Source: Eledone cirrhosa
Lineage: Eukaryota
Length of the DNA: 64,000 nt
Direction of reading: 5' to 3'
NCBI GenBank assembly: GCA_964016885.1
Contig: OZ024740.1
Location: forward strand, 342,364,001-342,428,000
Both the position numbers and the translations under genes were made by a program. This document shows, in pieces, positions 51,406 through 64,000 of the stretch; positions within the stretch are counted from its first letter, which is position 1, and each line of letters opens with the position of its first letter. The notes under the pieces were generated by a model, which was given only the letters and a program-made list of their open reading frames with translations, made no database searches and was not told the DNA's origin.

Positions 51406-52209
51406 ATTACATATATACCTACATCTTTTCTACTCCTCAGGGACATACAGCTAAAACCTTTACAAAAGCAACTAGATATCTATAATATAGTTTGAAACCA
51501 GGCTTGCTTGTACAAATAGATGAAACAAAACAATGTATGAGTAGAGTGAAATATATTTTATTATAACCATGAAGCAATGACCTAAAGTTTTGTGCTCAAA
51601 TACACTTGTCAAATGCCTTTTAACTGAAAATTGTAGGCCGTTGGAGTCACTGATGTAGCTTTATGGCTATAAGAAAGGTTCTCTTTAAGGTTAACATGTT
51701 CCACAGTAGAGTACTGTTCAAATACCTTAGATCATGCAGTGATTTTCACAAATATTCTAGACCATTTTTCTTCTAATAACCATCTCGTTGACACACAACA
51801 ATCCCATGTTTTCTGATGCCCTCTCCTCTCTTTCCTCTTTCTCTTTTATCAGAATTACAGTGGTTCCTGCTTCTCTAGACTGACAAACCGTGTACCTCCT
51901 TATTAGACCACTTCTTCCCTTCCTTTCATCATTCCTACTTTGTTTCAATCCCTACATTAGATACTACACCCAGACCCCTAACTATAGAACTGCAACCCTT
52001 TGGAACTCTCTCTTTGATACTGTTTCTCCTACAGACATCAACCTGCAGAAATTAAAGATCAACATTGACTGTATTAACTGGATCTCTGTCTCTATAGGAT
52101 GATTTACAAAAAAATAGGGATCCTGTCTCTTATACTTGTTCTGAATTTCTTTTCAATATTCCTGTTTTCTCAAATATGATAACATTTTAATTAAATTTAA
52201 TCATTTCAG

Positions 52210-52359
52210 GTAGCCAGAAAGAAATCTGGGAAGTTGCAAACAGGAATTTCTGTAATGAAAAATGTTCCAAGAATGCTGTATGTTCATGTGGAACAAGAAT
52301 TGGGCAATACCAGTGCATCTGTAATGCAGGATATGAAGGTGATGGTATCACATGTAAAT
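52210..52359 (+). CDS. SVEP1: SVEP1-like exon, EGF-like domain
   Basis: tttcag acceptor, gtaggt donor, 150 nt, phase 1-1. Translates SQKEIWEVANRNFCNEKCSKNAVCSCGTRIGQYQCICNAGYEGDGITCK. Confidence 0.9.
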
Positions 52360-52936
52360 GTAGGTATATTATCACATGCTCTATTTTCATTATCTTTTAC
52401 ATTTTCCACACCCTGTCTTCCAGTGTTAGCTGTTATGGGCATCACGTACATTGATCTACTCAAAGAAAGGTGATTTGTTCTTTACAGACAACTATAGAGG
52501 CTCTTGAAGCTTGAACTGTTTTAGGGAAACCTTTGCAATCATATAGGGCACTCATAAAAAAAAAGAAAAAGAATTACTCCTGGAGCCCCTCTGGGATTAG
52601 AAGTGCTGAGCTTTAAGCTTCATTAGTTTCAGAGTAGACCTGCCACTGGTGTGTGTATGAGTGTGTATATGTGTGAATTGTGTATGTATGTGTGTGTGTG
52701 TGCATGAGAATATAACTGTATGTATGTGCATATGGATATATGTGTGTGTGCACATGTGAATGTACATTTATGTGTGTGTTTGTGTGTATGTACATGCCTG
52801 TGTATCTGTTTAGTATGTATGCACATGCATATGTGCATATTGTGCATGCATGGTGGAACATGAAATGTTAGGATAATCATAATTAGCATTTGATGATAAA
52901 TAATTCTCATTGTTCATAATACTGTTTGTTTTCTAG

Positions 52937-53092
52937 TATGTGCAAAAGGTTTCTTCAAAAGAACCTTAAGTCCTGGAAAATGTGAACTGTGTCCTGCCAA
53001 TTCTACAACCTTTAGAGAAGGTGCTGAAATCATTACAGAATGTATATGCCATCCTGCCTACTACCGAGAAACTCCACATGACATCTGCAAAT
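52937..53092 (+). CDS. SVEP1: SVEP1-like exon, ephrin-receptor-like (GCC2/GCC3) Cys-rich repeat
   Basis: ttctag acceptor, gtaagt donor, 156 nt. Translates CAKGFFKRTLSPGKCELCPANSTTFREGAEIITECICHPAYYRETPHDICK. Confidence 0.9.
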
Positions 53093-53684
53093 GTAAGTTC
53101 TTCTTATGTATCACAGTTTTTTTTTTGTTCGATGTAAAATCTTCCATGATACATACACCAATGGTGTAACTAGAGTTTGTGCTTCCTGGTGAGGGCGGAT
53201 TATTAAGTTTTCCCCTTGCATCCATACAAAAACACAACACAATATACAAAAATGTTACCCCACAAAGAGTGTTGTCTGGGGCAGACCACACTCTTTCCGG
53301 CTCGTTATCTAAAGTCTGTCTCAAGCCCAGACGATCATCAAGCCAGTTCTTATCCCAGTTTCCATGGCGTTAAGCAACTAAGTGTAGAAGACCCTCTCTT
53401 GGACAGGATGCCAGTACATTGCAGGGTTAAACTCCTAGCTATTGCTAGTACTCATTTTCAACTGGAGCAATGTGAAATGAAGTGATTTGCTTTAGAACAT
53501 AACACCAACCCAGTTCAGGAATTGAACCTATGGCATTATGATCATAAATCCAACACCCTTACCACCCTTCTAGTTATACTAGTGACTTACACAAACCATT
53601 GTTTTTATTTTTCTGTTCAATGTGATTTTCTTTCCAAAAGAAATATAATATATTCTGAATGTTGACATTGCTTTCTGATTTCAG

Positions 53685-53903
53685 TACATTTTTGTGAGAA
53701 ACTACCAGACATTAAACATGGTTACAGTTTTCATGTTGAAGGAGCAATAAGAGATGAGGTACCCAGCACAAATGTTACATGTAAAAACACTCCTAAAGAT
53801 TCTTGCCATTATCAATGTCATGTTGGTTATCGACTAGATTCTAATCCAGTGTTGATCTGTGAACCTAATGGAACTTGGTCTGGTATAGTTCCAAATTGTA
53901 AAG
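53685..53903 (+). CDS. SVEP1: SVEP1-like exon, sushi/CCP domain 1
   Basis: tttcag acceptor, gtaggt donor, 219 nt. Translates HFCEKLPDIKHG...SCHYQCHVGYRLDSNPVLICEPNGTWSGIVPNCK. Confidence 0.9.
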
Positions 53904-55879
53904 GTAGGTTCAGATATATGTTGCCTGTTTACAATTCTGAATTGTCATTGTGTTCATCTTTTAGTATAATTAGAATGTTACCTGTCATCGCTCGCTCTGA
54001 TCGATTGACAAGATCCCAGACCTCATTCACTTGTTGAGTGAGGTGGACCTTGTCAAATCGGACCAAGGAAACTTTTTATTTCCATTGGTCTTTCCATTGC
54101 TGATTCTATCTACTGGTCACAACTCCTGGCAGAAAGAGCAATGTAAAATAAAGTGTCTTGCTCAAGGACATATGACAGGTAAATTGGATGTATACATTTG
54201 CAGCGATGGGTAACCATAGGTAAATATTTATAAACCTACAAATGAATTAATGAAAATAAATAAACGAAGTCATTATTCTGGTATTTGACTAACTTGCTTC
54301 GTTATATGGCTCATGCTCAAACACTACAAATATAGTAATAAATAAATCAGCAATTTGACAAAGAAAAAGAAGAATTTGGAAAAAGGAATATATATTTCAT
54401 ATATGTATATTCCAGTCATCAATGAAAAAAGAAGTGAAAAGAAAACATAACATTGTACAATTCTAGGGTCAAGCCCTTTGAATTGCATTTGACCAAGTCT
54501 ACAAGGCAAATCTACTGCAGCCTTGGGTTGACCAATGCCTTGTGAGTGGAATTTGATAGATGAAAACTGTGCAGAGACCCATTGCATATATGTATATAAT
54601 ATGTATGATGTATGACTGTGTGTGCGCACACACATATATGGTTGAGTGTTAGTGTGAAACAAGGTTTTGAGTTATGTCCCTTTATAAAAAAAAGTTAAAA
54701 CTCAGCTATTTGATAAAGATTGGTTAGATAATTACCATACCAAAGTAAGTACTAGGGTCAATATGATAAAGTTAAACTTTTGAAGGTGGCACCCCAGCAT
54801 GGTCTTCAAAGATGATTATATGAACTCAGTACTTATTTCAGTCTAGATCACTACAATGTACATCAACATATGTTCAGTGGTTGAACTAGATCAATGATTC
54901 TGTTAAAATGTCAGATCATCAATGTTAAAAGCTAGACCACTTGATGAATAAGAACTTGGATGTGGTTATGAGCAGGGTAGCCAATTTCACCCAGAAATGG
55001 CCTGAGAGGTTAAGCTGAGGTAGTGAATGCATACATTCCTTCTATAATGAGCTGAGAAGAAGCTATCTCTGAAAGGTTGAGCTGAGGTTGTGAATGCATT
55101 CATTACCTTCGTTATTTATTCCTGACCATCATGCTGAGGCTTGGTATGACATGCCCAATGATTTACTGGTATGTGCTGAGGCTGTATATCTGCTAAGATT
55201 CCTGGAGGCTGAATAGATGTGGTTACCATTTGTCAGCCATGTCTTCACACAGCTTGTCTCTTTGATGAACATGTAGTCATGAATGCCTGGCATGTGGAAT
55301 GCTGTCGGGTATTTACGGTTCTCTATCTCAGTCAAAAATATAATTGGTGTAATTGGTGTAATTGGTGGTTTGTCAATTCTCTAGAGGTTTAATGGTTGTC
55401 AAGAGCAACTACATTCTCAGGAAAACTTTAGGTGTTGATGAAAATCAGTAGGATACTTAGCCCTTGCATTATGGCGTTAACTTGCTCATGCTATCAGGGA
55501 GCATTGTTAGTTTGAGATAAATACTATATGCACAGAGATGCCATTAGACAAATCTGTCTAGGATGCATGCAGAGTAATGAATCCACATTGCACTCACTCA
55601 TTCAGTGTTTAAGTATTGCTGACATATGGAGTTGAGTTATGTCAAACAGCTATTGCTGTGTGTAAGATGGATCTGGTTATCAACTAAATCCATTGAGAAG
55701 ATCATCCCTGCTTCCTTTGGTCAGGAAAGACAAACTGTTTCCTCTGGTGGACAAGATTGACCACACCAAGGAGAGACATTTTCCTCTTCACCCAAGCTTT
55801 CACCCAAGCTTTCATCAACTTTGATATCCTTCACTATTTAATTTGGTAGGTAGTGACTTGAGAGAGAGAGGGGGGGGGG

Positions 55880-55923
<44 letters not shown>

Positions 55924-55997
55924 AAGTGGATTTGTATTTCTATATCTCTTTCATTTTTTTATTTCATGTAAATTTGTTTTCTTTCTCTTATGCATAG

Positions 55998-56189
55998 TTG
56001 TTGACTGTAAAACACTAACTAAAATCAGTGAAGATGTTGAAAATGGATTAACTGAATACCCTAACAAGACCACTACATATGGTTCTTATGTAAATGTTAG
56101 CTGCTTATCTGGTTGGCAACCATTTGGTGATACATTACGACAATGTAATAGCCATGGTGTATGGTCTGGTACTCGTACATGGTGTGTTG
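55998..56189 (+). CDS. SVEP1: SVEP1-like exon, sushi/CCP domain 2
   Basis: gcatag acceptor, gtaagt donor, 192 nt. Translates VDCKTL...TTYGSYVNVSCLSGWQPFGDTLRQCNSHGVWSGTRTWCV. Confidence 0.88.
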
Positions 56190-56736
56190 GTAAGTCATCT
56201 TTATTATTACCATATATACCCATAGAAAAATCAAATCTTTTAAACTATATTTTTAGGTTAAATTTATGGGGTCAATTATTATTAGAATACTACTTTTAAA
56301 AGGGCTGAAATTTCCACTAGAATCTGAAATACTATAAATAAACAGCTCAAATGGACTCTGAATGAATAAAAGTAAAACAATAAATTAGAGTAATAATAAA
56401 ATGCTGTAGTTTGCTTGAAGTATTGTGTATAATATATAGTGTAGAAAGTGATATATGTCTAAACAATGCAAAATGCACGGTAAGATGAAGGTAACGAAAA
56501 AGTAAGTTACCTTGTCTTTTTTTTTCGTTTGTTGCTGTTGTTTCTTTCATCCTAATATTTCAAGACTTGAAATTCCCTTCTTCAGAGTATAAGGAACTCT
56601 CAGAGAAAAATGTTCCGGTTTCTTCTAATAATGATTTCTAATTTAGGCACCAGGAGTACTGATATTTCTATGCATCAAAACACAATAGTACCAAACATAA
56701 ATGTTTACAGGAATAAGGTCTTGTAGCTCTTATATT

Positions 56737-56846
56737 CAGGGTGACCACAAAAAGGCTCCTTGTAGCTACCAATATTGTAAGAATATTTATTTAAGTTTTG
56801 ATATTATAAGTATTTGAAATCAAGAAGTGTTTTTGTGGTCACCCTG
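56737..56846. mobile_element. Tc1/mariner-like MITE
   Basis: TIRs cagggtgaccacaaaaa / tttttgtggtcaccctg, with TA on the right flank. Confidence 0.7.
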
Positions 56847-57668
56847 TATATTTTCACTTACGTATATCAGAACATAATAGCATGGTAAAATTAATTTCTT
56901 CATTATGACATTTATGTTCAGGATTCACATATGTTGAATTTGGAGGCAAAAAATAGGACAGACTCTTACACAAGTATAAATGGTATATTTCTTTTTGCAG
57001 CAATATAATTGAATCACCTTCTCTTTTTGTCATCTTGGAATGACTAGGATGGATCATATCAGCAGAATATTTCAATGCATCCCAGTTTTATGATATTTAA
57101 TTTCTGACGTTTAATATTATGACTTCTCATAAGTTGTTTTATCCCACTTTTAATGAAAGTTTTGTCAGATTATATACAAATCTCTCCTGAACTGAGATAA
57201 GGCCTGTGGTTAACCTAACATCAACTGTTTTGATGATAAAATCATCAGATTTATTTTAATGTCAGATTTTCTATGGATCTGACCAGATGAAATATATAGT
57301 TTTGAATATATCATGGATAAGTTTATACTCAATATAAGACTTATCAATAATGATAATAATAATTGTTTCTAACATAGGCACAAAGCCAGAAGTTTCAAGA
57401 GATGGGTTAGCTGATTAAGTTCACCCCAGTACTTGACTGGTACTTTATTTTATAAACCTTAGAAGGATGAAAGATAAAGTTGACCTCAATGGAATTTGAT
57501 CTTAGAATGTAAAGGCAGAACAAATACTGCAAGATATATTTAGAATCCTACCGATCCAATAGCAACAACAATAATATTGATTTCTTTTTGAAAAATTGTA
57601 CTGTAATAATATTTGTCTAATGAACGTAATAAACTATTTATTACAATTTTTACTGTATACTTTTTCAG

Positions 57669-57860
57669 AAGCAAAATGTAAGCCTTTATCTTCTATTGAT
57701 GGAGGTTTACTTAAACCTCTTGACTGCTCCAAAAGAAATAGCAATCCAGGAGTAATTTGCAGATATAAATGTAAAAAAGGATATAAATTATTTGGACCTT
57801 CTCAGAAGAAATGTGGTGATCATGGTGAATGGAATGTTACTAAAGAAACTAGATGTGTTG
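57669..57860 (+). CDS. SVEP1: SVEP1-like exon, sushi/CCP domain 3
   Basis: tttcag acceptor, gtaaga donor, 192 nt. Translates AKCKPLSSIDGG...GVICRYKCKKGYKLFGPSQKKCGDHGEWNVTKETRCV. Confidence 0.9.
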
Positions 57861-57901
57861 GTAAGATTGTCTTGTGATTACTACATTATTGTTGACAACT
57901 A

Positions 57902-57965
57902 ACTGTACTTGATAGAAACTTATGATGCTGAGGTATCAGCATCATAAGTTTCTATCAAGTACAGT
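57902..57965. repeat. Perfect 30-bp inverted repeat (4-nt loop) in SVEP1-like intron
   Basis: actgtacttgatagaaacttatgatgctga-ggta-tcagcatcataagtttctatcaagtacagt. Confidence 0.92.
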
Positions 57966-58402
57966 ATCATCTTCAAATGGAAGTACTAAGGGTCAAATGT
58001 TTTTTTCTTTAAATTTAAGTGTTATGTATAATGAAATGTAATGGCTACCAACATAAAGTATCTGTTGTTTAGTAACAAGAATCCTTTTGACAGGTTCTTA
58101 ACATTATATTTCTGTTATTTAAAGAATCAAATTAGGTTTAAATTCTCTTTTGGCTAAGTTCTCACATTGAAAAATCCTTAAAGTATGGACAGAGTCACAT
58201 ACCAACTGAGTCCACCTTTCCTTTCTCCCTTGCATCAACCACTAGAACCTTTCTTCATATTAAATAGACAAAATAGCAAAATACAGTATTTATTCACATA
58301 TAGTAGTATTATTAATACACGCATTTTCCTGAAAAATATGAAATTTGTTGGCTTTATAGTAGCTGCATTTTTATGGCCTACAGCAAGATAATTCAAAGGT
58401 GT

Positions 58403-59110
58403 TCTTCTTCTTCACCCATTTATTCCTGGGAAAGTCAGGGAAGTAGAGTCTTCAAGCACACCTCCCAGCTGGTCTTGTCAGAAGTAACTGTCTCCAATTG
58501 ATTTGACTGGATCAGCCAAGTTCATCGATGTTATCCAACCATCTTGCATGGAATATACTGTTGAACCTCCTGTAGGTTGGTTTTGCCCATAAAGTCTGTT
58601 TAGTGATTCTTTCCTGAGACAATCTAACTACATGTCCATAGTATCAGAACAGTGATCTCTCAATTTGGAGAAGTAGTAGCTCTACCTGGAGTGACTGTCT
58701 GATCTCCAAGCTACACATTCTATCGAATTATGTTACACCAAAGACCCTTCTGAGGAACCCCATTTCAGCTGCTTTTATTTATAATCGTATTCTTTCGATC
58801 ATTATACAAGACTCATGACCATAGGTAATGCCAAATTGAAAATAAAGAGCTTGGCTTTTACACCTACCTCCATTCTTCTGATGATCAAATGCTGAATCTT
58901 CTGCATTACTACACCAGCTCCTGTAATTCTTGCACTTAATTCAGCCTCGTTCCTCCTATCAGTCATGAACATGGCCCTAAAATACTTAAACTTTTCTATC
59001 TGCTACACACATGTAGAGTTCACTGCACAGGCTTCCTTGAGTAGATGTCTCAGTCTTTGCAGCACTGATTTCCATTCCTGCTGGGAAGCCTTTGGCATCA
59101 AACCTATCAA
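58403..59110 (-). mobile_element. RTE-like LINE remnant, family B, in SVEP1-like intron
   Basis: Colinear with 6405-6900 and 33792-34168. Confidence 0.72.
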
Positions 59111-59757
59111 GTGCATGTTGGTGATTGCCTACTTGTATCGCAAGTGCAAGAAGGAGGACTTATTTCCAAGCCAAGCTTTGTAAGCCCCCTTCTTTGCTGG
59201 GGTGGCATCTTTGACCATGTGATTGTGCAAGGAGTCCTTCTGCTACCTGGTGCCACACCAAGCCACTTTTGTCCCTAATATTTAACAGCTGAAGCAGAAA
59301 CTGCTGAACTAAACAGCCTCCACTTTGCTTCAACATCCTCAATTTGTTCAGGAAGTTCTCTGAATTTGGATGCCATAGTATCTGCAAACCTGTTGGCTGT
59401 TCATCAACTTCATTTAAGCTACCTTTGTGTTATTGGTCTGCTTGGACATATTGGATGAAGGATATATTCCTGAGGTCACTTCACAAACAAGTGAAACCAC
59501 CAAAGTTTACGACTTCAGGAAAAAAATTATATAAAGATTAAAGGTGATTATGGAATTTCCTCTATTTTTCTTTACATTGTTTTAATTAGTTTATATTAAA
59601 ATTATCATCATAACAACTTATTTGAAGATGTTAGGGTATTCAAAGGTCATAAGTGCTGCCTCATTTTTCTACATGTAAATAAGGAAAAATATAAATTTAA
59701 GGGATTGACCAAGCTTTTCCATATAAATTATTCTGTTAATTTCCTTCATTTATTCAG

Positions 59758-60006
59758 ATATTGAATCTCCAAAATTGAAGTGCCCAGCAGACATAATTGT
59801 TGCTGCCAGAAACCAGGATTATGCTATTGTCCATATACATACTGAAAATCTTCCAATGAGTGACAATTCTAATTATGTAAAATTAACTTACAGTGGTCTC
59901 ACTGAAAATCCTGCACGATTTAAACTAGGTTTCCACCAGATTGAGTTCTTTGCTAGAGATAGAACTGGAAATAATGTCTCCTGCATACAGCGTATACGAG
60001 TTCAAA
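59758..60006 (+). CDS. SVEP1: SVEP1-like exon, HYR domain (gene continues beyond window)
   Basis: attcag acceptor, gtaagt donor, 249 nt. DIESPKLKCPADI...SDNS...FKLGFHQIEFFARDRTGNNVSCIQRIRVQ fits the HYR pattern. The order vWA-EGF-EphR-like-3xCCP-HYR matches the SVEP1 N-terminus; orthology is not proven. Confidence 0.88.
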
Positions 60007-63000
60007 GTAAGTTCTTGCTCATTCATAGAACCATTTGGATAAAAATGGAATATTATTAGGATATTTCTGTATCTTCTTGCTATCAACTTATGCATGCATT
60101 AGGGCTGGAAATGGAGTTTATATTTGAGGCATTGCTAAGGGTGGGGCTGGGGTAGTGTAAGGAGAAGCATTATCATAGTATAGGGGGTAATATTGTATGT
60201 GGTGTTAATTTGATATTAATGGTGATATTATTGGCTGTAATGATAATTGTGATATAATTGTTATATGCTAATATTGTAGTGTTGCATGCATTTAACATGC
60301 TGATTAAGGCTGGTTAAAGTGGTTCTCAGTTCAGTATCAGAGTTTGGCTATTTGAATAAAGCTTCTGAGCATAAACAATATGTAATTAGAACTTTGCTTG
60401 GATAAATACAGTACATGACAATGATGTTTTCAGTTAATAAGAATAAACCTACAGTCTATGGCCAAAATATAATAAACTTTGCTATCATGTTTTGCAGTGA
60501 TGCTTTGCTGATATGGAAAGGACAGAAAAGCTTTTAGATACAAAAGATAAAAAAACAAATAGCAGATTTGTTTCATAAAAAGCAGATATAATTTCTGTAA
60601 TGATGAAACTCCTGGAACTTTATAAAATAAATTTAAACAGTATGATATCTGAAATAATGTTAACAGTTCATCCCCCAATAAATTAATAGTTGTTGAAAGA
60701 GTAAAAATTTTATAACATCTCTCTGAATCAATGCAAAGTGATTCACAGAGATTACATAGGTTAGCTCATTTTGGTGAATTTGAAAACATTAGAATTCAAG
60801 AATGAAGTGCAAAAGATGATAGGTTCAAATGGGATTCACAGATGGCATGTAATTTTCTGAGCATTGTATAAAATATTAGAATATCTTCAATAATTTATTC
60901 TGAAGCTTAATGCATGCATTTTATTCATTCAATAGCTTAGAATCATCTGAATTTCAGATAACCGCAAAAAAGCAACAACAAAAAAATACAAAAAAAAAAC
61001 AACAGCAAAAAATACAGGTGTTCTTGAGGATGTCACTGTGTCACATGATGTTTTTGGTTTGATAGCTCTATCACAGCTTATATCAACTAAGCTTCCTCTC
61101 TTTATCTTTCCATCTGTTTCACTTTCTATCAACTCTAATAAACACTGGTATTTAGTAATGTCTTCCTCTTTTCTGTACATGGAAGACGTGCTTGTAGTTA
61201 CCTTTAACACACATTCCTATACACAGGCTACAACTCTTTTCTAACCTTAGACTTTCACACACACTCACTTTCTGTAAAAAGCTTCAAAAATCCCAGAAAT
61301 AGTAGTCAATTATTCTTTATATCTCATCCTACCAACTTAAAAGCAAGAAGAATATATAAGATAATGGGGTTCTAAATACAATGTGCCTAAATAAAATATG
61401 AGATGATAATGGTGGGATTGCCTTTCATTATAGATTTGCTGGATCAGAACTGATCTGGGGCTAAGCAAACAATAAAAACCAACCAAACATCAATCTAAGT
61501 AAACATCAACCACATCAATCAGGTAGAGCTTGAGAGATCCTGAAAGAGCTATAAGTGTTGCTATTTTCCCTCAGATTAACTAGTAGAAGAATCAGGGTTA
61601 TTATAAACACTAAATACTAGTAAAAAAAAACAACTATTTCTCAACATATATTAAATAACAAATACTCCCATATCATTGAATAATCTATATATAAATTTGA
61701 GTGAATTCCGTTCGTCACACAATATGCATGTGTGTTTGTGTGTATTTGTGTGAATGTATGCCTGTGAGTGTGTATTTTTGTAAATGTGTCTATAATACTA
61801 TGCTGTTTATTTTAAAGTTATTTTATATTTATCTAAAAACCTTAGATTATAATTTTATGTGAGAACCTTTTTTAAGTTATGTTCCAAACATCATCACCAT
61901 CACTTTTACATCCACTTCTCTATGCTGGCATGGGTTGAACAGGATATTTTAAGAGAATGTTTTACATCCAGATGCTCTCCTTCACATTAACCCTTTTAGT
62001 TGTCTCTTACAATATGCAGGGATACAGTGTACCTATTTTAAAAACTGGGGTACACCAGCTTATAAATTAAAAAGTTAGTTATATGACTAAACTCTCTCTA
62101 AATTCTTGATTATTTTCAAAATGAAGTGAAAATTATTGTATTTCATTGTATTTCATTAAAGATATGGCAATGAAAAGGTTAAGCCAACATCATGTCCTCT
62201 GTCTTTTATTGACTTTTTATATAAACCACAATATTTAGTTTGAACTTTATTTAATGATATCCTGTTGTATAGATTGAGAGTATGTTGCCATTCAGCAGTT
62301 TTTGTTGTAAAACTATTCTCCTTTGGCTTTTTATTTGAAAATATTTCAGCTTGACTAACAGAGAAAAATAAACAGGGTGATTTTGTTTTATTGTTCTTTA
62401 TAAAGCAGCTAGTTACAGCAGGGGAGGAGAGATCTTGATAAGAGCTGACAGACTAACTGTATAAGAAAGACAAACTTTGAAAAGATCTCAGAGGAAATCT
62501 GTTTTGTAACATAGAGAAGACTTTAGAATGAAATAACACAACAGTCTTCTTTAATGTTAGTTGGGCTGTTATATTTCCATGAGATTGTATCAATTCTTAA
62601 AGAAAATAATAGTATTTTATCAAAATAACTGGCAGATTTAACTGGTATAAGAAAGTAAATTGTTTTAGGTTCAGTTGATTTATATGTAATTTTATTTTTG
62701 TTATCATGGGCTCAACTGAGAGATAATTATGTAATTATAGGTTTATTTACAAATGCTGCAACACGTCTGATAGTGTTGTTATTGTTGTTACTGAGTTGTA
62801 GTGCTGTGATGTTAGTCTTCTTCTTTTGAAGACCAGTTACATAAAAACATTCAAATGAAGTATTTAATTAGGAGTGTTTAGGTTTTGGTTAAACGTCAAT
62901 GCTTTTGATTTTTCTCTGTTTAGTCAGAGAGAAGAACAATGCTAATGTCCCTTTCAGAGTCTCTGAGACTGGTAGCAGGGAGAAATAACGGTATCCTCAA

Positions 63001-64000
63001 ACCAGATACCTGATCAAAATGCTTGCAACAAAGTGGACTCCACTAAAAGCAGCCAGAAGTCAGGTGGTAGTGCTGAGCAAAGTAACAGATTAAGTCTTAC
63101 ATCCAAGTCAGCTTCATCAGAATTTGGACTCAGAATGCAAAGATAGAATATTGCAAAACATTTCATCCATCACTAACAATTCAACTAATCCACTGCACTG
63201 GGCTGCTACTTTTTTTTATTGACCCCAAAGGGGCAACAGGAAAAGCTGATCTCAACAGGATTGAAATTCGAATCACAGACAGCTGGAACTGATGCCAAAA
63301 GGCATTTTGTTCAACACTATAAATCTGCCAATTTTCTGCCTAATGCCAAGATCATTACTTTAATTGTGATAATCATATCTTCATAACAGAACTGTCTGTC
63401 ATAAAATGTTCAGCTTGAAACATAGTCTTAATTGTAAAGTTGGTAGGGAGCTTGTTTAGCTCTTTTGTTACCATATTTCTAACAATTTAAAAAAATTGTT
63501 TCGAAAATAATAACTAAATTTCTCATTATTAAGCTATTATTTGGAACATAAATTAACAAAGTTTTTTTACATAAAATTATGATGGAAGGTTTTAGATAAA
63601 TATAAGCACCTTTGTATCATATAATATGGAGCAGTTTGAGGTATTTTGGTATCAAAAGGTTTATGAGATTTGGCTACTATGTTAATGAGGTGGAATGACT
63701 GCATAGAAGCTCCATATGATAAGTACTTGATTATTCTAGTTATAAATTGGAGACTAGATTAATATAACAATGACATCAATCTCAGATTGCTTTTAATTAT
63801 AATTGAAAATAGTATGTACAAATCCAAAATCAGCAATTTTATCTCCTGAAATTTACTTCAGGTAGTAAAATGAGGTAAATTTATTTTAGGTTTGGAACAC
63901 CTGTCTTAGTGTAACTATTCTTATTTTATTTGTTGAAAGATCATTCTCATCTTTAGCTCATGATAATGAAAGTCTGCTACAACTACATATATTTACAGGT

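Noticed and set aside
54960-55830. Possible ancient LINE RT remnant (also 51900-52070)
   Set aside because: Only faint motif traces remain, so boundaries and family cannot be supported.
63990-64000. Acceptor tttacag at the window end as the next SVEP1-like exon
   Set aside because: Only 2 nt follow, so it cannot be assessed.

Overview
AT-rich, repeat-dense animal genomic DNA. The (TA)n/(CAT)n microsatellites and the RTE LINE and tRNA-SINE families resemble a coleoid cephalopod such as Octopus (inference only). The one well-supported host gene is an SVEP1/polydom-like gene on the + strand, with 7 coding exons from 49357 to 60006: signal peptide, vWA, EGF, ephrin-receptor-like repeat, 3 sushi, HYR. 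It continues past the window. The rest is mobile DNA: RTE LINEs with a PHD-type finger inside the RT, a CR1-like LINE nested in an RTE, tRNA-SINEs, piggyBac-like and Tc1/mariner-like MITEs, and a 9.2 kb minisatellite of 173 x 53 bp. The most notable signal is about 12 short non-coding elements, mostly foldbacks embedded in (TA)n, from several unrelated sequence families. Each carries a complete or partial minimal type-I hammerhead ribozyme. In several, the inversion junction falls at the predicted cleavage site. Many also share a downstream hairpin (ACTC-stem-loop-stem-TT bulge-GAGT) with compensatory changes. They look like non-autonomous Penelope-like or retrozyme elements with a candidate cis-recognition RNA motif. 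No Penelope ORF is present in the window.
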